A stretch of 64,000 nt of DNA, taken from the NCBI GenBank assembly GCA_047495785.1, contig JBLDXI010000054.1, forward strand, positions 1 through 64,000, written 5' to 3'. A model generated the notes under the pieces. The model was not told where the DNA came from. It worked only from the letters and a program-made list of their open reading frames with translations, and did not search any database. This document shows, piece by piece, positions 30,553 through 42,774 of this stretch. The position numbers and the translations under genes were made by a program. This DNA comes from Lepidodermella squamata (Eukaryota; Animalia; Gastrotricha). The stretch's first letter is position 1. Every line of letters begins with the position of its first letter.

Positions 30553-31686
30553 TTAACCTAACATTAGATTGAAGATAGTGGCATAAAACAAAACCAGCAA
30601 GAATAAATGTAAAGTGAATGATGCTGCGTCGACCAGTAAGAAAAATCGTATTTTAACACCGCATACCATTCTCACTTGCTCAGCTTTTTCCGGCCACAGG
30701 GACGTAAAGCCGCACATGATCGCCGAATATGTCGCGACAGATGCTGCGAAAACGACCACTCCAATCAAGTAGTACTCGGCGATTATCGGCTTCGGAGTTG
30801 CTGGGACTAAGTTGCCAAACTGGCCCTGCATAACCATGATTGACAGCATGACAGAACACGCGAAGGCTGGCCGGTCAGGTTCAGTGGATGGAATCGCAAA
30901 GGCAGCGAAAATTAAGCAATTGAGAAGGATACTAGGAGCGAGAAGGCTCATAATTATGAATTGCGGCTTTCGCTTCAGCGTCATGCGAAATCTCATCTCG
31001 CGAAACTCGCCATACGTTGGCAGCACAACGGGCAAAACTACGGAATCGTAGGCCAATATTTGCCAGTTGGAATTAGCTGGCATGCTATTGTCTCCTGGAG
31101 CAAAATTAAAACCAGTGCTCAAAAGGTTGACGTGGTTAACAGGCAGTCGGCTGGAAATGATGATAGAACAATTCTGAGTATCCAACGGGTATTGATACAG
31201 CTGTATATCGCAAAACGCGCCAACCTTGCCGTAGTAGTTTGCGAAGAAGTAGCCAACATTTGGTAAGATATTCAAAGTTTTAGCAAGATCATCCGTGGAA
31301 TCAATCACGGTCTGAGCGTTAGAATTTCGCAGCAGCAGGGCTGGAAACCAGAACCTGTCCAAAGCCGGCACATCGTATATCGCAGCGGACAAATGAGCAG
31401 GCCATTTGTTCGCCGGGTTGGTTGCGAATTTCGCCACGCAGTCCGATCTCCAAACTACAGTCATCATTCCAATGAATGTTACAGCTTCTGCTACATCGTT
31501 CACGCCCAGAAATCTATCGACCATAAGCCCAACTGTGACATTTGTTTGAATGCCGAGCAATTCGTTGGGGCTATTCGCTGATGCGTCAATGTTGCAGTTT
31601 TCGAGTAGTTTTTCAACCTGAACGCTTACTTTTTCATCTGCTATGATTTCTTCTATAAAGAAGAAAGTAGCTAGTATTAAAATCAT
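30553..31686 (-). CDS. Cys-loop LGIC subunit, intronless (subfamily C)
   Basis: CDIQLYQYPLDTQNC; four TM helices. Confidence 0.92.
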   Translation of the reverse strand: MILILATFFFIEEIIADEKVSVQVEKLLENCNIDASANSPNELLGIQTNVTVGLMVDRFLGVNDVAEAVTFIGMMTVVWRSDCVAKFATNPANKWPAHLSAAIYDVPALDRFWFPALLLRNSNAQTVIDSTDDLAKTLNILPNVGYFFANYYGKVGAFCDIQLYQYPLDTQNCSIIISSRLPVNHVNLLSTGFNFAPGDNSMPANSNWQILAYDSVVLPVVLPTYGEFREMRFRMTLKRKPQFIIMSLLAPSILLNCLIFAAFAIPSTEPDRPAFACSVMLSIMVMQGQFGNLVPATPKPIIAEYYLIGVVVFAASVATYSAIMCGFTSLWPEKAEQVRMVCGVKIRFFLLVDAASFTLHLFLLVLFYATIFNLMLG

Positions 31687-32395
31687 GACGACTGAAATAA
31701 AAGCGTCTTGCTAAGCGGTCAAAACGAACATGCCTACAGTCGCAAAAATTCGCATTTTAATTGGCAGAAATGTTTAAATATTTGGTTTTTGTAACAAAAA
31801 TACCTCGTGTTGCCAAGGTTTTTTCCACTTCCCCCCGCATTTACATCCACCCAATTATATCTTATTTCTGACACTGGAGTTTCATGTTAATCAAGATCCT
31901 ATGTTTACTCAACTAAGGCGTTGTCGCTGAGAGGAGAAATGGCTAGACGGTTGATGGAATAAATTTTTCACCTTTAACTATGCCTTTAACCTTAAAAGTT
32001 CTATGAGTTTTATAGATGCCGTTCAAATACCGTGAGACTGAGAAGATATTCAGAGAAATCCATAGCAGCCATGATCTGACCATTGTCAACAACTCAACAG
32101 TTTTCGCCGGTAGTTTCGTATTTCCTGTAATAAGGCCACCTCGGCTTGTACCGTTGATTTATTCGAGAATGATGAGTATGTGTTAGCAGACTAAAGCACT
32201 TGTCGAGAATAGCTTTAAAGAAGTACAATTTGTAAATGTTTGATCTTCCAAATCGAGCCCCCACGATGAATCGATGCTAACGCTTGTAGCTCGTGAGGCG
32301 TGAATCGTATAGTAAGCAGCCGTGATTATTAAAAGGCGATTTGTGAAAATCGTTTAAATTTCTGCACCAGCCTCATTCAACATCAATTACGAGAT

Positions 32396-33544
32396 TCAGT
32401 TGAACGCTAGATAGCTCGTTACAATAATATTGAACGCAAGATAAGTTAAGAATAAAATCACAAACGCAACAATGTCGATAGCTACAAAAGCGCGCATCTT
32501 CTTGCCGCAGAAATGCACGATCTTGTTCGCTCGATCTTCGTACATGATGCAGTAGCCGCACATAAAAGCCGCGTATGTCGAGCAGACCATAGCGAACATG
32601 ATCACGCCGAGGACGTAGTACGAGGTGATTATGGGCCGGGGCGACTGAGGAACCGCAGCTGAAAACATGCTCTGAAGTACGAAAATCGACAGCATGACTG
32701 AACAGGCGAACGAGGCCCGATCAGGCTCAGTTGCTGGGATTCCAAATGCCGCGATTTCCAGGGTCGATAGGATGAAACTCGGCGCAAACATGTTCAGCAA
32801 ATAATACTCCGCCCTTCTCTTCAGTGACATAGTAAAGAAGACTTGGCTCAATGTGCCGAAATTTGCTATTTCAAACTCTTGCATTTCAGTTCGATTCGAA
32901 GCCAAAACCCAGTTCGAGTTCTTCGGCATGATGTTACGGCTCAACGAGAACAGATCAGCAGCGGCAACTTTAACAAACTGGGTCGATGTTCGCGTGTAGA
33001 TTATGGCTGTGCAAGTCTGTGTGTCAAAAGGAAACAGGGTCAAGTCAAGATCGCAAGTGTAAGTGAATCTGCCAGCATAAGCCGCAGAAAATCGACCATC
33101 AAACGGATAGATCGTGAGTAGTTCTGAGAATTCATCAGCTTGATCCATTGCAATCTGGCCAACTGCGTTTCTAAGGCCAAGAGGTGGTATCCAATAAAAA
33201 TCTGCTGGCTCGTTTTGCAGGATTGCTAACTTTGCTGGCCATTGATTCTTCGGATCTTTCACGTACTCAAACACGCACGGAACTTGCCAAATCATCTGTA
33301 GGACGCCATTGAACGAGAGGGACTCTGCAAGGTCATCTATGCCCAGAAATCTGTCGATTTGAAGGTATAGTAAAATCGGGGTGGGCACTCCTTCGAACTC
33401 AGTCGGTGAATTAGCTGTTGGGCCGACGTTGCAGTTAGCGTTGAATATATCAGAGGCCTTCAGAGTCGGTGAGTACGTGAGATTATCAGCCGATGTTCGA
33501 TTTGCAAAGCCCAGCCATAAAAAGAGAAAAGCTTTAAGTCTCAT
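32396..33544 (-). CDS. Cys-loop LGIC subunit, intronless (subfamily B, probable chimera)
   Basis: CDLDLTLFPFDTQTC; PDRASF M2. Confidence 0.93.
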   Translation of the reverse strand: MRLKAFLFLWLGFANRTSADNLTYSPTLKASDIFNANCNVGPTANSPTEFEGVPTPILLYLQIDRFLGIDDLAESLSFNGVLQMIWQVPCVFEYVKDPKNQWPAKLAILQNEPADFYWIPPLGLRNAVGQIAMDQADEFSELLTIYPFDGRFSAAYAGRFTYTCDLDLTLFPFDTQTCTAIIYTRTSTQFVKVAAADLFSLSRNIMPKNSNWVLASNRTEMQEFEIANFGTLSQVFFTMSLKRRAEYYLLNMFAPSFILSTLEIAAFGIPATEPDRASFACSVMLSIFVLQSMFSAAVPQSPRPIITSYYVLGVIMFAMVCSTYAAFMCGYCIMYEDRANKIVHFCGKKMRAFVAIDIVAFVILFLTYLAFNIIVTSYLAFN

Positions 33545-34597
33545 GATTGACTTTGAGTTGAGTTTGAGTTGAGTTGAGTTCGAAAAAATGAAACCACGTT
33601 AGTATTTATTGTCGAGTCCAGTAGATCGAGATCTTTCCACCGGATATTAAGCTTTCTCTGACGAAGGTGAATTTTGATATTGCGCATTGCCTGGACTGTT
33701 TATTGGATCATGAATGCGCGAGTGAGATTGGAAAAGCAAGGATTACATGGAAAAGCGTTAGCTGGAATATATGTTTTCAGCTTTGTTTGAACTGAATTCT
33801 TTTGGTTTATCAGCCTGACGCCTGACGTGATTCAGTCATTGCCTGGGAAAAATTGACCTTGCGTCAAGATAGAGATTTATTATTTGGTTTTGAGCTGATC
33901 TGTATCTTTCCAATGGATTAATGCCAACATTTAGCTTGTAGTATCGAGTGTCCACTTCCAGCTTCGGTTGGAAATTGGAAATGGATAGGAAACTGATCTT
34001 TTCCAGGCGCAAATTTTTCGCGAAATCTTTTTGCAGCTGAAGGTAGGGAAACTGTTGTGAAGCAAGACATTGACTCTTTACAGCACATTACCTTCCTTGT
34101 GTGAAGCTCAGCAAAGCGACTAATTTACCAAGCGTGTTGTAATACTCTTCCAGAAACAGCTCTGCCACTCTTTGCCTGTAGTCCGACTTTGTTTGTAAAT
34201 TTACCCCCTGAGAGCGTGGCAGGCTTTTAGGCTTTTAGGCTAAAATGAGCACATCATAAGGGTTTTTTCGCAAAATCCGAAGATTTTCGAAGGACAGCAA
34301 AATTTCGATCAACGAAATCAAGACAACACGTCATTTAAAAAGCGGTTTGTTTGGATCATCACAAATAAGTGTATTACCTTGCCAACTTAGTCATTTGGGA
34401 TGTAATGATACCTATTACGACTGGGGAATTGAAATCAATGTCGTATTTTATGTTATTATTGGAATCAGTAATTAGGGTACGACTAGTTTAAACATAGCTA
34501 AGGTATCTTAAATGTTATATTTTCAGATTAATTAACAATGGCAATCTCCAAAGTTAGAGAGCCCTGATTTCCGACTCGAGTTGGCCTAAAGATGCTT

Positions 34598-35752
34598 TTA
34601 TCTGAAGGAAAGATATCCAAGCATGATTAGGTTGAACGAGATGTTGCAAAGGAAAAAGATAACAAAAGCAACACTATCGATAACAATGAACAGGTGGACG
34701 ATAGCTCCAAAAAACGTGATTTTTTTATAAGCCTTATCGTGAAATAGCCTGCAGAAACCACACATGAACGCAGAATATGTCGAACTAACCATGGCGAACA
34801 TGATGACACCAAGAATGTAGAACGAAGTGAGGATAGGCTGAGGGGACTGAGGAACAGCGCCGGAGAACAGGCCTTGCAGTACAAAAATCGACAGCATAAC
34901 TGAACAAGCGAATGCAGCTCGATCAGGCTCCGTGGCGGGGATTCCGAATGCGGCGATTTCCAGCGTCGACAGGAAAAAACTCGGCGCAAACATGTTCAGC
35001 AAATAGTACTCGGGTCTTCGTTTCAGAATCATCTCAAAGCTAACCTGGCTGTTATGGCCATGATTCGGCACAAAAAAATCTTGTACTTCAGTTTTGTTTC
35101 CAACCAGCAACCAATTCGAATTTTTCGGAATAATCTGCTGGCCTAGAGCTAGCAAATTTGCCCCAGCAATAACGACATATTTCATTGTTGACCGCTGGTA
35201 GAAAGAGATTGTGCATGTTTGCGTATCAAATGGGAAAAGCATTAGATCCAGATCGCAGGTATAAGTGAAGCGGCCAGCATAGGCCGTGGCGAATCTGCCC
35301 TCAAACGGGTATATAGCTAGTAACCCAGCGTAATTGTCATCCTGCGCCATAGTAAGTTTGCCCACAGCATTCCTGATCCCAACTGGGGGTATCCAATAAT
35401 CTTCATGGTGCTCGTTCTGTAAAACCGTCAATTTGGCCGGCCATTGATTTGCCGGGTCGTTGACGTACTGGCTAACGCATGGCACTTGCCACAGCATTTG
35501 AAGTATTCCGTTGAATGATACTGACTCTTCAACGTCATTTACGCCGAGAAATCTGTCGATTTGAAGGGCAAGTCGCACTGGGATGGGCACGTCTTCGAAC
35601 TCAGTTGGCGAATTCGCACCAGGGCCGATGTTGCAGTGTGCGTTCAAAATCTCAGCTACCTTCAAAGTTGCTGTGTACGTGAGGTTGTCGGCAGTCACCT
35701 GGTGCGATAAGCATAGCCATAAGAAGAATATCGATTTCAATTTGAAGCCCAT
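34598..35752 (-). CDS. Cys-loop LGIC subunit, intronless (subfamily B)
   Basis: CDLDLMLFPFDTQTC; four TM helices; first ATG 35752. Confidence 0.93.
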   Translation of the reverse strand: MGFKLKSIFFLWLCLSHQVTADNLTYTATLKVAEILNAHCNIGPGANSPTEFEDVPIPVRLALQIDRFLGVNDVEESVSFNGILQMLWQVPCVSQYVNDPANQWPAKLTVLQNEHHEDYWIPPVGIRNAVGKLTMAQDDNYAGLLAIYPFEGRFATAYAGRFTYTCDLDLMLFPFDTQTCTISFYQRSTMKYVVIAGANLLALGQQIIPKNSNWLLVGNKTEVQDFFVPNHGHNSQVSFEMILKRRPEYYLLNMFAPSFFLSTLEIAAFGIPATEPDRAAFACSVMLSIFVLQGLFSGAVPQSPQPILTSFYILGVIMFAMVSSTYSAFMCGFCRLFHDKAYKKITFFGAIVHLFIVIDSVAFVIFFLCNISFNLIMLGYLSFR

Positions 35753-36732
35753 AATTTTATCCAACGAATATTAATGGGGAAACATCTTGGAAAACATCAA
35801 TCATGCTGTGATAACAATATAGCGGACATTACCCTAGTTTTATGAGGGTAAGTGGCACTGGGGAAGTTTTTGAGTTTAAAATAACTTTGATTTTAATTAG
35901 AAGAACATCACTTCATTAATTCTAAAACTATCATTCACATGGGATTACTGCGAAAAGCTGAATAAGCGTCCTAAGAGATACGATTATTCCCAATTGGGAA
36001 ATCTCAATTGACCTCAATATTGATTGGAATTAGCTATAATTTTATTGACCTTTTATATTATAATGATAATAGCTAAGTACTGGTGGTTATCTGAGGCTTT
36101 TATAGCATGCAGAAAGAAGAAGAAAACGTGAACAAAGCCATTTTTCATATTTTTACTCAAAGCTCGTTGAGGTGTTCGTAAACAAGCAACCACGCTTTTT
36201 CGATACGAAACATTAGTTCGGACTGAGTTTTGGCGGTAACTAAAAAGATTTATCGTTATCGTAAAAAAGCCTATATCCGAGTTTTCAACGGCGCTAACGA
36301 TATGGGTTAAATGGAAACCGGGCAGAGGTGATGCCAAGGTCATTTTTTACGTGATTAGAAATAGAAGATAATTTGTAGTGATTAGTGCTGGATCGAACGA
36401 CAACATTGTTTCATAGAAAACTGACTAATCAGCTCGCGGGTCAAACTGCTACTTACTAAACTTGAACTTGCACTTGAAACACAATGCACTTGAAAAGCAT
36501 ATCAGATCAGCATATTGAACGTTTTATCCATTTCACAGGTGTTTTGTTAGTTCATTTTCTTCCGAGCATTCATATCGAACGTCGATTTATATGCCTGAGA
36601 GATTCCAAACGCCGGCGGTTGGCGTCTTGCTGCTTTTTATTAGAGTAGTTTCAAAGAACAAAGAATGTGATCAATAGTGGAATATGAATGCGCACAACGA
36701 TGAAGATGAGGTAGATTTTAGCGTGCAAGACA

Positions 36733-37878
36733 TTACATCGAAGCCATGCAGGCTGTTGTGACGAAGTTGAACGCGAAATACGCCAGAAAGAAAATGGAGA
36801 AAGCGATAACGTCAATGACGATGACAGTTTTCTTCTTCCTCCCCATGAATTCCACGATTCGATTCGCATGTTCCTTGTACAGCCTGCAATAGCCGCACAT
36901 AATTGCGGAATACATTGAACAAGCCATTGCGAAGATTATGACTCCCAGCACGTAGTATGAGGTGACTATGGGCCTCGGGGAATGCGGAACAGCTGATGAG
37001 AACAGACCCTGTAGTACGAAGATCGACAACATTACTGAACAGGCGAATGAGGCTCGATCAGGCTCAGCGGCCGGGATTCCGAATGCCGCGATTTCCAGCG
37101 TCGATAGAATGAAACTGGGCGCAAACATGTTTAGCATATAGTAGTCCGCTCTCCTTTTCAGTACCATTGTGAAACTTGCCTCTCCAAGCCTCCCGTAATT
37201 CTCGACGGTAAACTCTGAGATGTCTGTTCTGTTCGACACCAAGATCCAGTTTGAGTTTTTCGGAATAATTTCACGATTCATTGTAATGAAATGGACTGCA
37301 GCAATCGTTACATACTGTGTCTTCGCCCGAGGATTAAAGTAGGCCGTGCAAGTTTGGGTATCGAATGGGAAAAGTGTTAGGTCCAGATCGCAAGTGTAGC
37401 TAAATCTGCCGGCATAACCCCCAGTGAATCGGCCCTCAAATGGGTAGATACTCATGAGTTCAGCGAATTCATCGGCTAGAGCTAGCGTCATTTGTTCGAC
37501 TGCGTTTCTCAGGCCGATAGGAGGTAGCCAGTAGGATTTCGATGGCTCATTCTGCAGGAAGTTCAACTTCTGCGGCCATCCATTCGCAGGATCTTTGACA
37601 TAGCGAGCAACGCATGGAACCTTCCAAATAACTTGTAAGAAGCCGTTGAATGACAGCGACTCTTCAATGTCGTTAATTCCGATGAATCTATCGATTTGTA
37701 GAACGAGTTCAATCGGCGTGGGAATGTCTTCGAATTCGGTTGGGCTGTTAGCTGTAGGGCCTATATTGCAGTTTTTAGTTAGAACTTCAGCGGCTTTCAA
37801 AGTTTCTGTGTAGGTTAGGTTGTCCGCAGCAGCAACACGGAAAATCGACCAGGTAAAGACTATGAATGATGAAATCAT
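36733..37878 (-). CDS. Cys-loop LGIC subunit, intronless (subfamily B)
   Basis: CDLDLTLFPFDTQTC; four TM helices; first ATG 37878. Confidence 0.93.
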   Translation of the reverse strand: MISSFIVFTWSIFRVAAADNLTYTETLKAAEVLTKNCNIGPTANSPTEFEDIPTPIELVLQIDRFIGINDIEESLSFNGFLQVIWKVPCVARYVKDPANGWPQKLNFLQNEPSKSYWLPPIGLRNAVEQMTLALADEFAELMSIYPFEGRFTGGYAGRFSYTCDLDLTLFPFDTQTCTAYFNPRAKTQYVTIAAVHFITMNREIIPKNSNWILVSNRTDISEFTVENYGRLGEASFTMVLKRRADYYMLNMFAPSFILSTLEIAAFGIPAAEPDRASFACSVMLSIFVLQGLFSSAVPHSPRPIVTSYYVLGVIIFAMACSMYSAIMCGYCRLYKEHANRIVEFMGRKKKTVIVIDVIAFSIFFLAYFAFNFVTTACMASM

Positions 37879-38089
37879 TTTCTCCAAATAACGAAAAATT
37901 ATTTTTATTCACTCGAGGATGCACATGTTTAACAGGAAATATCCGCAATCTCTTCCGGTGAAGAATAAATGGCAATAAATTGATCTGGATCAATATTACG
38001 GATCACATTCTCCTAGTTTCAGCTTTCATCATTTTAGAAAGTTCAGGGTGAAATCTTTTCCAGATTACTATTTTATTGGCACCAAGAAA

Positions 38090-39226
38090 TTATCGAAGCA
38101 AGTGCATGAAGACAACGATATAGAAAATCACTGTAGTAGCTAAAAGAAAGCTAAAAACAGCTATATCCACTGCGATGAAATACCGGCAATCATAACCACA
38201 AAACACAACTTTTCTTTCCGATTTGTCAGGTCTCAGAAAAATATAACCGCACATTATCGCCGCATATATCGCGCAGAAAGTCGCTAAAACAACAATACCG
38301 ATCAGATAGAACCCAGTTACAATGGGGCGGGGAGTAGCTGGAACCAAGGCTCCGAATTGGGCCTGCATAACCAGGATTGACAGCATGACAGAACACGCGA
38401 AAGATGGCCGTTCAGGCTCCGGGGCTGGGATGGCGAAAGACGCGAAAATTAGCGTATTCAATATGAAACTCGGGCAGAAAAGGTTTAAAACTATGAAATT
38501 TGCCTTTCGTTTCAGTGTAATTTTGATTGTCGCTTCGCTGAAAATGCCGATGTCAGCCACTGGCCGTGAAATCACCCAAGTTTCATTTCGAAGCATTTCC
38601 CAGTTTGAATTTGCTGGGATGACGTTATCTTCTGAAGTTTGAAAACTCATACTCACGATTTTGACAAACTTCTCAGGCCATCGACAGCCTATATAGACGT
38701 AGCAATTTTGCGTATCAAATGGAAATTTGAGGAGTTGTAGGTCGCAGAATGATGCGATTTTGCCGACGTAGGCGCCCACAAAAATCCCCTTTTTTGGCCT
38801 AACCATCAGCGTCCGAACTACATCAGGCGATGAATCCAGTACAATTTGAGTGTAGGAATTTCTCTGCGTCATAGAAGGAAACCACATGAGATTCTCTACC
38901 GGAACTTCGTACATTTCCTCGAGGTAACTAGGCCAGTTGTTAGCTTCATTGTTAGCGAAATCAGCCACGCATCTCACGACCCAAACCAGCTGAATAGCGC
39001 CGATGAATGTTAGAGTCTCGGCTACATCATTGATGCCTAAAAATCGGTCGATGTGACCTGTTATTGACACCTTCACCGGACGGCCGGATGCTTCATCGGG
39101 GGAATTTATGCCGGAGCTTATGTGACAGTTGCTTCGAAGCCTCTCCAAATGTGCAGCGTTACTTGGTTCCTCACCCAAAACTGGGGCGTTTAGGAAAATT
39201 GAAAATAGAACGATCCCAATAATCAT
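38090..39226 (-). CDS. Cys-loop LGIC subunit, intronless (subfamily C)
   Basis: CDLQLLKFPFDTQNC; PERPSF M2. Confidence 0.92.
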   Translation of the reverse strand: MIIGIVLFSIFLNAPVLGEEPSNAAHLERLRSNCHISSGINSPDEASGRPVKVSITGHIDRFLGINDVAETLTFIGAIQLVWVVRCVADFANNEANNWPSYLEEMYEVPVENLMWFPSMTQRNSYTQIVLDSSPDVVRTLMVRPKKGIFVGAYVGKIASFCDLQLLKFPFDTQNCYVYIGCRWPEKFVKIVSMSFQTSEDNVIPANSNWEMLRNETWVISRPVADIGIFSEATIKITLKRKANFIVLNLFCPSFILNTLIFASFAIPAPEPERPSFACSVMLSILVMQAQFGALVPATPRPIVTGFYLIGIVVLATFCAIYAAIMCGYIFLRPDKSERKVVFCGYDCRYFIAVDIAVFSFLLATTVIFYIVVFMHLLR

Positions 39227-39462
39227 GACTATCAGCTTTAGCTTTAATGCACTAACATCAGCTGTATTTTACCAATAAGTGCAATTATCTGATATTATTT
39301 ACATATGCATTAGCGACGATTTCCTGTTTTGATTAGCAGCGAATTTAATATGTTTTTTTTCTGCCATATTTGTATTTGGGGACCTATCCGGTCATTTTTG
39401 CGTAAACAAAAGTGATTTCGTTAGATGATCGCGCATTTATAATTTTTTTGCTTTAGAATGAT

Positions 39463-40414
39463 ATGAACGCAAGCTCAATCGACATGCCTCTCAATCTGGA
39501 CGCTATCGATGTTATGAACAGCATACACCTGCTGCTAATCCTGCTTGCAAACTCCGGCAAGTCGCAACCAGTCAAAGTAGAGCAAGTGAGTTCAACTTTC
39601 AAATTAAGCTATTCAACAATTTCGCTCCATATTTGAGACAAGTTTCTCTAGTTATCCGTCACAGGAATTCGAAATGTTAGGCTACTCACATTGGGTGTAT
39701 GGAGTAGCTTATGATTTGATATGATTGGTGGTGAAATAATTTTAGAATCAAATGAAACAGTGCCTTCAGGCTTATGGATTGAGTAAAGATTTCCATGTTA
39801 GCTTAAATTCACTCATTTTCTATAGGGATTTTGTGGACCTCTGCCGATGATTCCAAATGGATATCTTAGCCCTGGAAACATCACCTTCGGCGCTGAAAGA
39901 ATTGTTTTCTGCCGACCTGGTTTCACGCTTCAAGGCGAAGTCCTAATCGCCTGTATGCTGAGTGGCCACTGGAGTACTCCCGGCACGTGTGTCAGAAGAG
40001 AAGACAGAGATGAGCCGATTATAAGAGGTAATACCTAGTCCTAATTAGATTCTAATATTGGGTCTCTTTATGCATCAGCAAATATCAATCTTAAATCGAC
40101 CGATCCTGCCTCTGATATGCTCTCGAGTCCAATTTTGCTCAACATCAACACCACGGAGAAAACGACGCAAATGTGGCGCCAGCTCAATATACCAGGTAAT
40201 TTCGCCCATCAAACTCAGATTTTGCTAACATTTTTTTCCAGCTCAACTATTGCTGGAGAGTTTGAAACCCGAGCGACCAAAGGAGACGACTAGAATTGCT
40301 ACAACTGAGCTGTTCATCGTTACTGGTTCTATAATCATCATAATCACTATAATTCTTGTCTTGCTACTTATGATGTGGTGTTATTTCCCGCAAGCTTGTG
40401 CTGGTTGTATGTAG
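39463..40414 (+). CDS. Single sushi/CCP-domain type I membrane protein, about 4 exons
   Basis: Signal-like MNSIHLLLILLA; exon from 39826 FCGPLPMIPNG..FCRPGFTLQG...CMLSGHWSTPGTC; GT-AG introns lead to TM LFIVTGSIIIIITIILVLLLMMW and TAG at 40412. Confidence 0.75.
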
Positions 40415-40671
40415 GCGAATAAAGATGCACATAAGCCTGTATGTCTCAGAACAGTGCTTCCTGTCACATTGTTTGGTAAACACGTGGCCTCAATTTCCTC
40501 AAGTAGGCCAGGGTCCTTTCATAATGCATAAGATTTGCACACCTATCAGGCTACGCTGCTCCGAGAACAAACAATGGACGCTTTTTACTTTGACGCGTAG
40601 GCCACGAGCCAAAAAATATCAAGATAGTCTGGATTATCATTTTATAGCGAGAACTTTCAGCCCTTAGAAAT

Positions 40672-40967
40672 ATGGCAGAAAAATCAGGTAAAATTCATAT
40701 TTTTCAAAATTCTCCATAGCCATGTTTTTCATTGAAGATACAGCTGCGATGTTGCTGGATATCGAGCGAGATCGGCAGAAGCAGGCGCATCGATTTTTCT
40801 GCCTGGTCGGAACTACGATCGGATGTTTGCTCGGAGTTATGCTGATCGGAGGCCTCTCTGCGATTATAGTTTACCTATTTTCAACGAACGTTTTGCAGAA
40901 AGAGTGCAGATCTTGCATGAATCTGAGTGGATCGATAACTTTATTCAATAAAAAATTGCCAAAATAA
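40672..40967 (+). CDS. Small single-pass membrane protein, probably 2 exons
   Basis: MAEKS micro-exon, GT-AG intron, long hydrophobic helix, AATAAA near the end. Confidence 0.5.
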
Positions 40968-41405
40968 AATGTAATAAAATTTGACATTATTCAGGCTTAG
41001 GAGTTCGTATGCGTGGAATGAAATACAGAAAGGATACTTTCCACTGCCCTTTCCTCCTAACCCAGAGAGCGAAGTAGGAGAGCAGAACTGGTAAGGATAA
41101 CAAAAATCGTCATTAAGGTCTTCTATGGTCTTTGCCTAATGGGCAAATAGTAAAGGCGACTTACTATAGAGATGTAAGTGCGAGATTTTCCGCGACATTA
41201 GCGCATTGTTAACCTTGAAAAGATTCTAGCTACTAACTTGAATGAGTGAAGCAGTATTCTGGTAACAACTTGAGGGAGGAAAGCAAAAAATATCCCCGAA
41301 ACCAACAGAAGTTTCGGAAACTGTTTTACACCAGCAAGGGCTTTAGACAAACAAAAATGGCAACAACCGAATATTGAAGTTTTTCACGCTATTGTAGCTA
41401 TAATA

Positions 41406-42587
41406 CTAAAACAGCTGCAAAAGGATGATACCAATCAGGACATATGACGCTAAATACGCGATAAATGTGAGTGAAAAGACGAATGCGTCAACAGCGAAAT
41501 AGAAAGATATTGTTTTACCGAGAATCGTAAACTTTCTACCAGCGATTTCAGGCAACAAAGCGATAAATCCGCACATCATGGATTCGTATATAACACACAG
41601 TGTGGCAAGAACAGCGTGTGATAGGCAGAAAATGCCCGCAATCATCGGTTTTGGGGTTTTTGGTAAATAAGCTTGAAGATTTTCTTGCAGAAAGAAAATA
41701 CCCAACATAACCGTACAAGCGAATACAGGCCGGTCTGGAACCTCGGCCGGGATGAGAAATGACGAAAGAATCAATACTGCAAGAAGCACACTTGGCCCGA
41801 AAAGGTATGTCAAGAAATAATCAGGTTTCCGCTTAAATACGAAGCTGAAAGTAGCACCTGAAAAATTGGTCCAATAGCTAAATTGCAGAGGGCCAATTGC
41901 CACTGATCGTTGCGAAGTGTCATGCTCCCAGCCGGAGTTCTCCTTCATAAATGGAGTGTCGTAATAATCATACGGAGAGAACCGAGCAACGCCGATTTTG
42001 GAGAACACGTCACCTTGCAATAGAGCAAATTCGATATTGCACGTCTGCTTATCAAAAGGGAAGTGCGTCAGGTTTAAATTGCAGTAGGACGCAAATTTCC
42101 CTGTCAGGCCAAATGTTACGCTGCCATGCATGACGTCCACGAGTGTTTGTCGAAAAAAGCCTTCCGCCATCGCTGGGCTGCTGACCGAATTTTCATGGGA
42201 CAAGGTTGGATACCAGTACTGGCTCGGGTCTTCCTTGGACAGGTAATAGATGGTAGGCGGCCATTCGATGTTACCATTACACGATACATTACGGTAGAGA
42301 TCGGCAATGCACCTTGATTCATAGGTGATTAATAGTGAAGCGGAAATAGTGAAAGTTTCAGACACGTCATTAATTTCTGTTAAAAGTTTAGGTTGTAGAT
42401 CCAGGGTAATTAGAGTGGGCTTTCCCTCAAATTCAGTCGGCGAATTGACTGTCGGGCCTATCCTGCAGTTGCTTAAAATCGTTGTAGATGGATTGAACTT
42501 CGGAATGCAGTCAGCGATGGCTGGTACAGAAAAGGCATTTTGCAACATGCAAAATTTGAGAAATGCTTGGAAAATCGAAATAATCAT
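41406..42587 (-). CDS. Cys-loop LGIC subunit, intronless (subfamily A)
   Basis: CNLNLTHFPFDKQTC; four TM helices. Confidence 0.93.
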   Translation of the reverse strand: MIISIFQAFLKFCMLQNAFSVPAIADCIPKFNPSTTILSNCRIGPTVNSPTEFEGKPTLITLDLQPKLLTEINDVSETFTISASLLITYESRCIADLYRNVSCNGNIEWPPTIYYLSKEDPSQYWYPTLSHENSVSSPAMAEGFFRQTLVDVMHGSVTFGLTGKFASYCNLNLTHFPFDKQTCNIEFALLQGDVFSKIGVARFSPYDYYDTPFMKENSGWEHDTSQRSVAIGPLQFSYWTNFSGATFSFVFKRKPDYFLTYLFGPSVLLAVLILSSFLIPAEVPDRPVFACTVMLGIFFLQENLQAYLPKTPKPMIAGIFCLSHAVLATLCVIYESMMCGFIALLPEIAGRKFTILGKTISFYFAVDAFVFSLTFIAYLASYVLIGIILLQLF

Positions 42588-42774
42588 GATAGTGGAATAT
42601 CACCTACTGGCAGAAACGCTGCCAGATAACATTTGTATGAGATTTATTCGAAGCCCTCGAATGCAATTTCCTGTACGATGCATCACAAAGCATCAATCGT
42701 TGTACAGCAAGCAAATATAGAACAAAAATGTGCGAACAGTTTCTTTAACAAATACAGCAAACACGGACTCGCAG

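Noticed and set aside
24131-38642. Recurrent antisense ORFs (e.g. 24131, 30812, 38322) resembling each other
   Set aside because: They are shadows of the conserved TM-coding sequence on the opposite strand.
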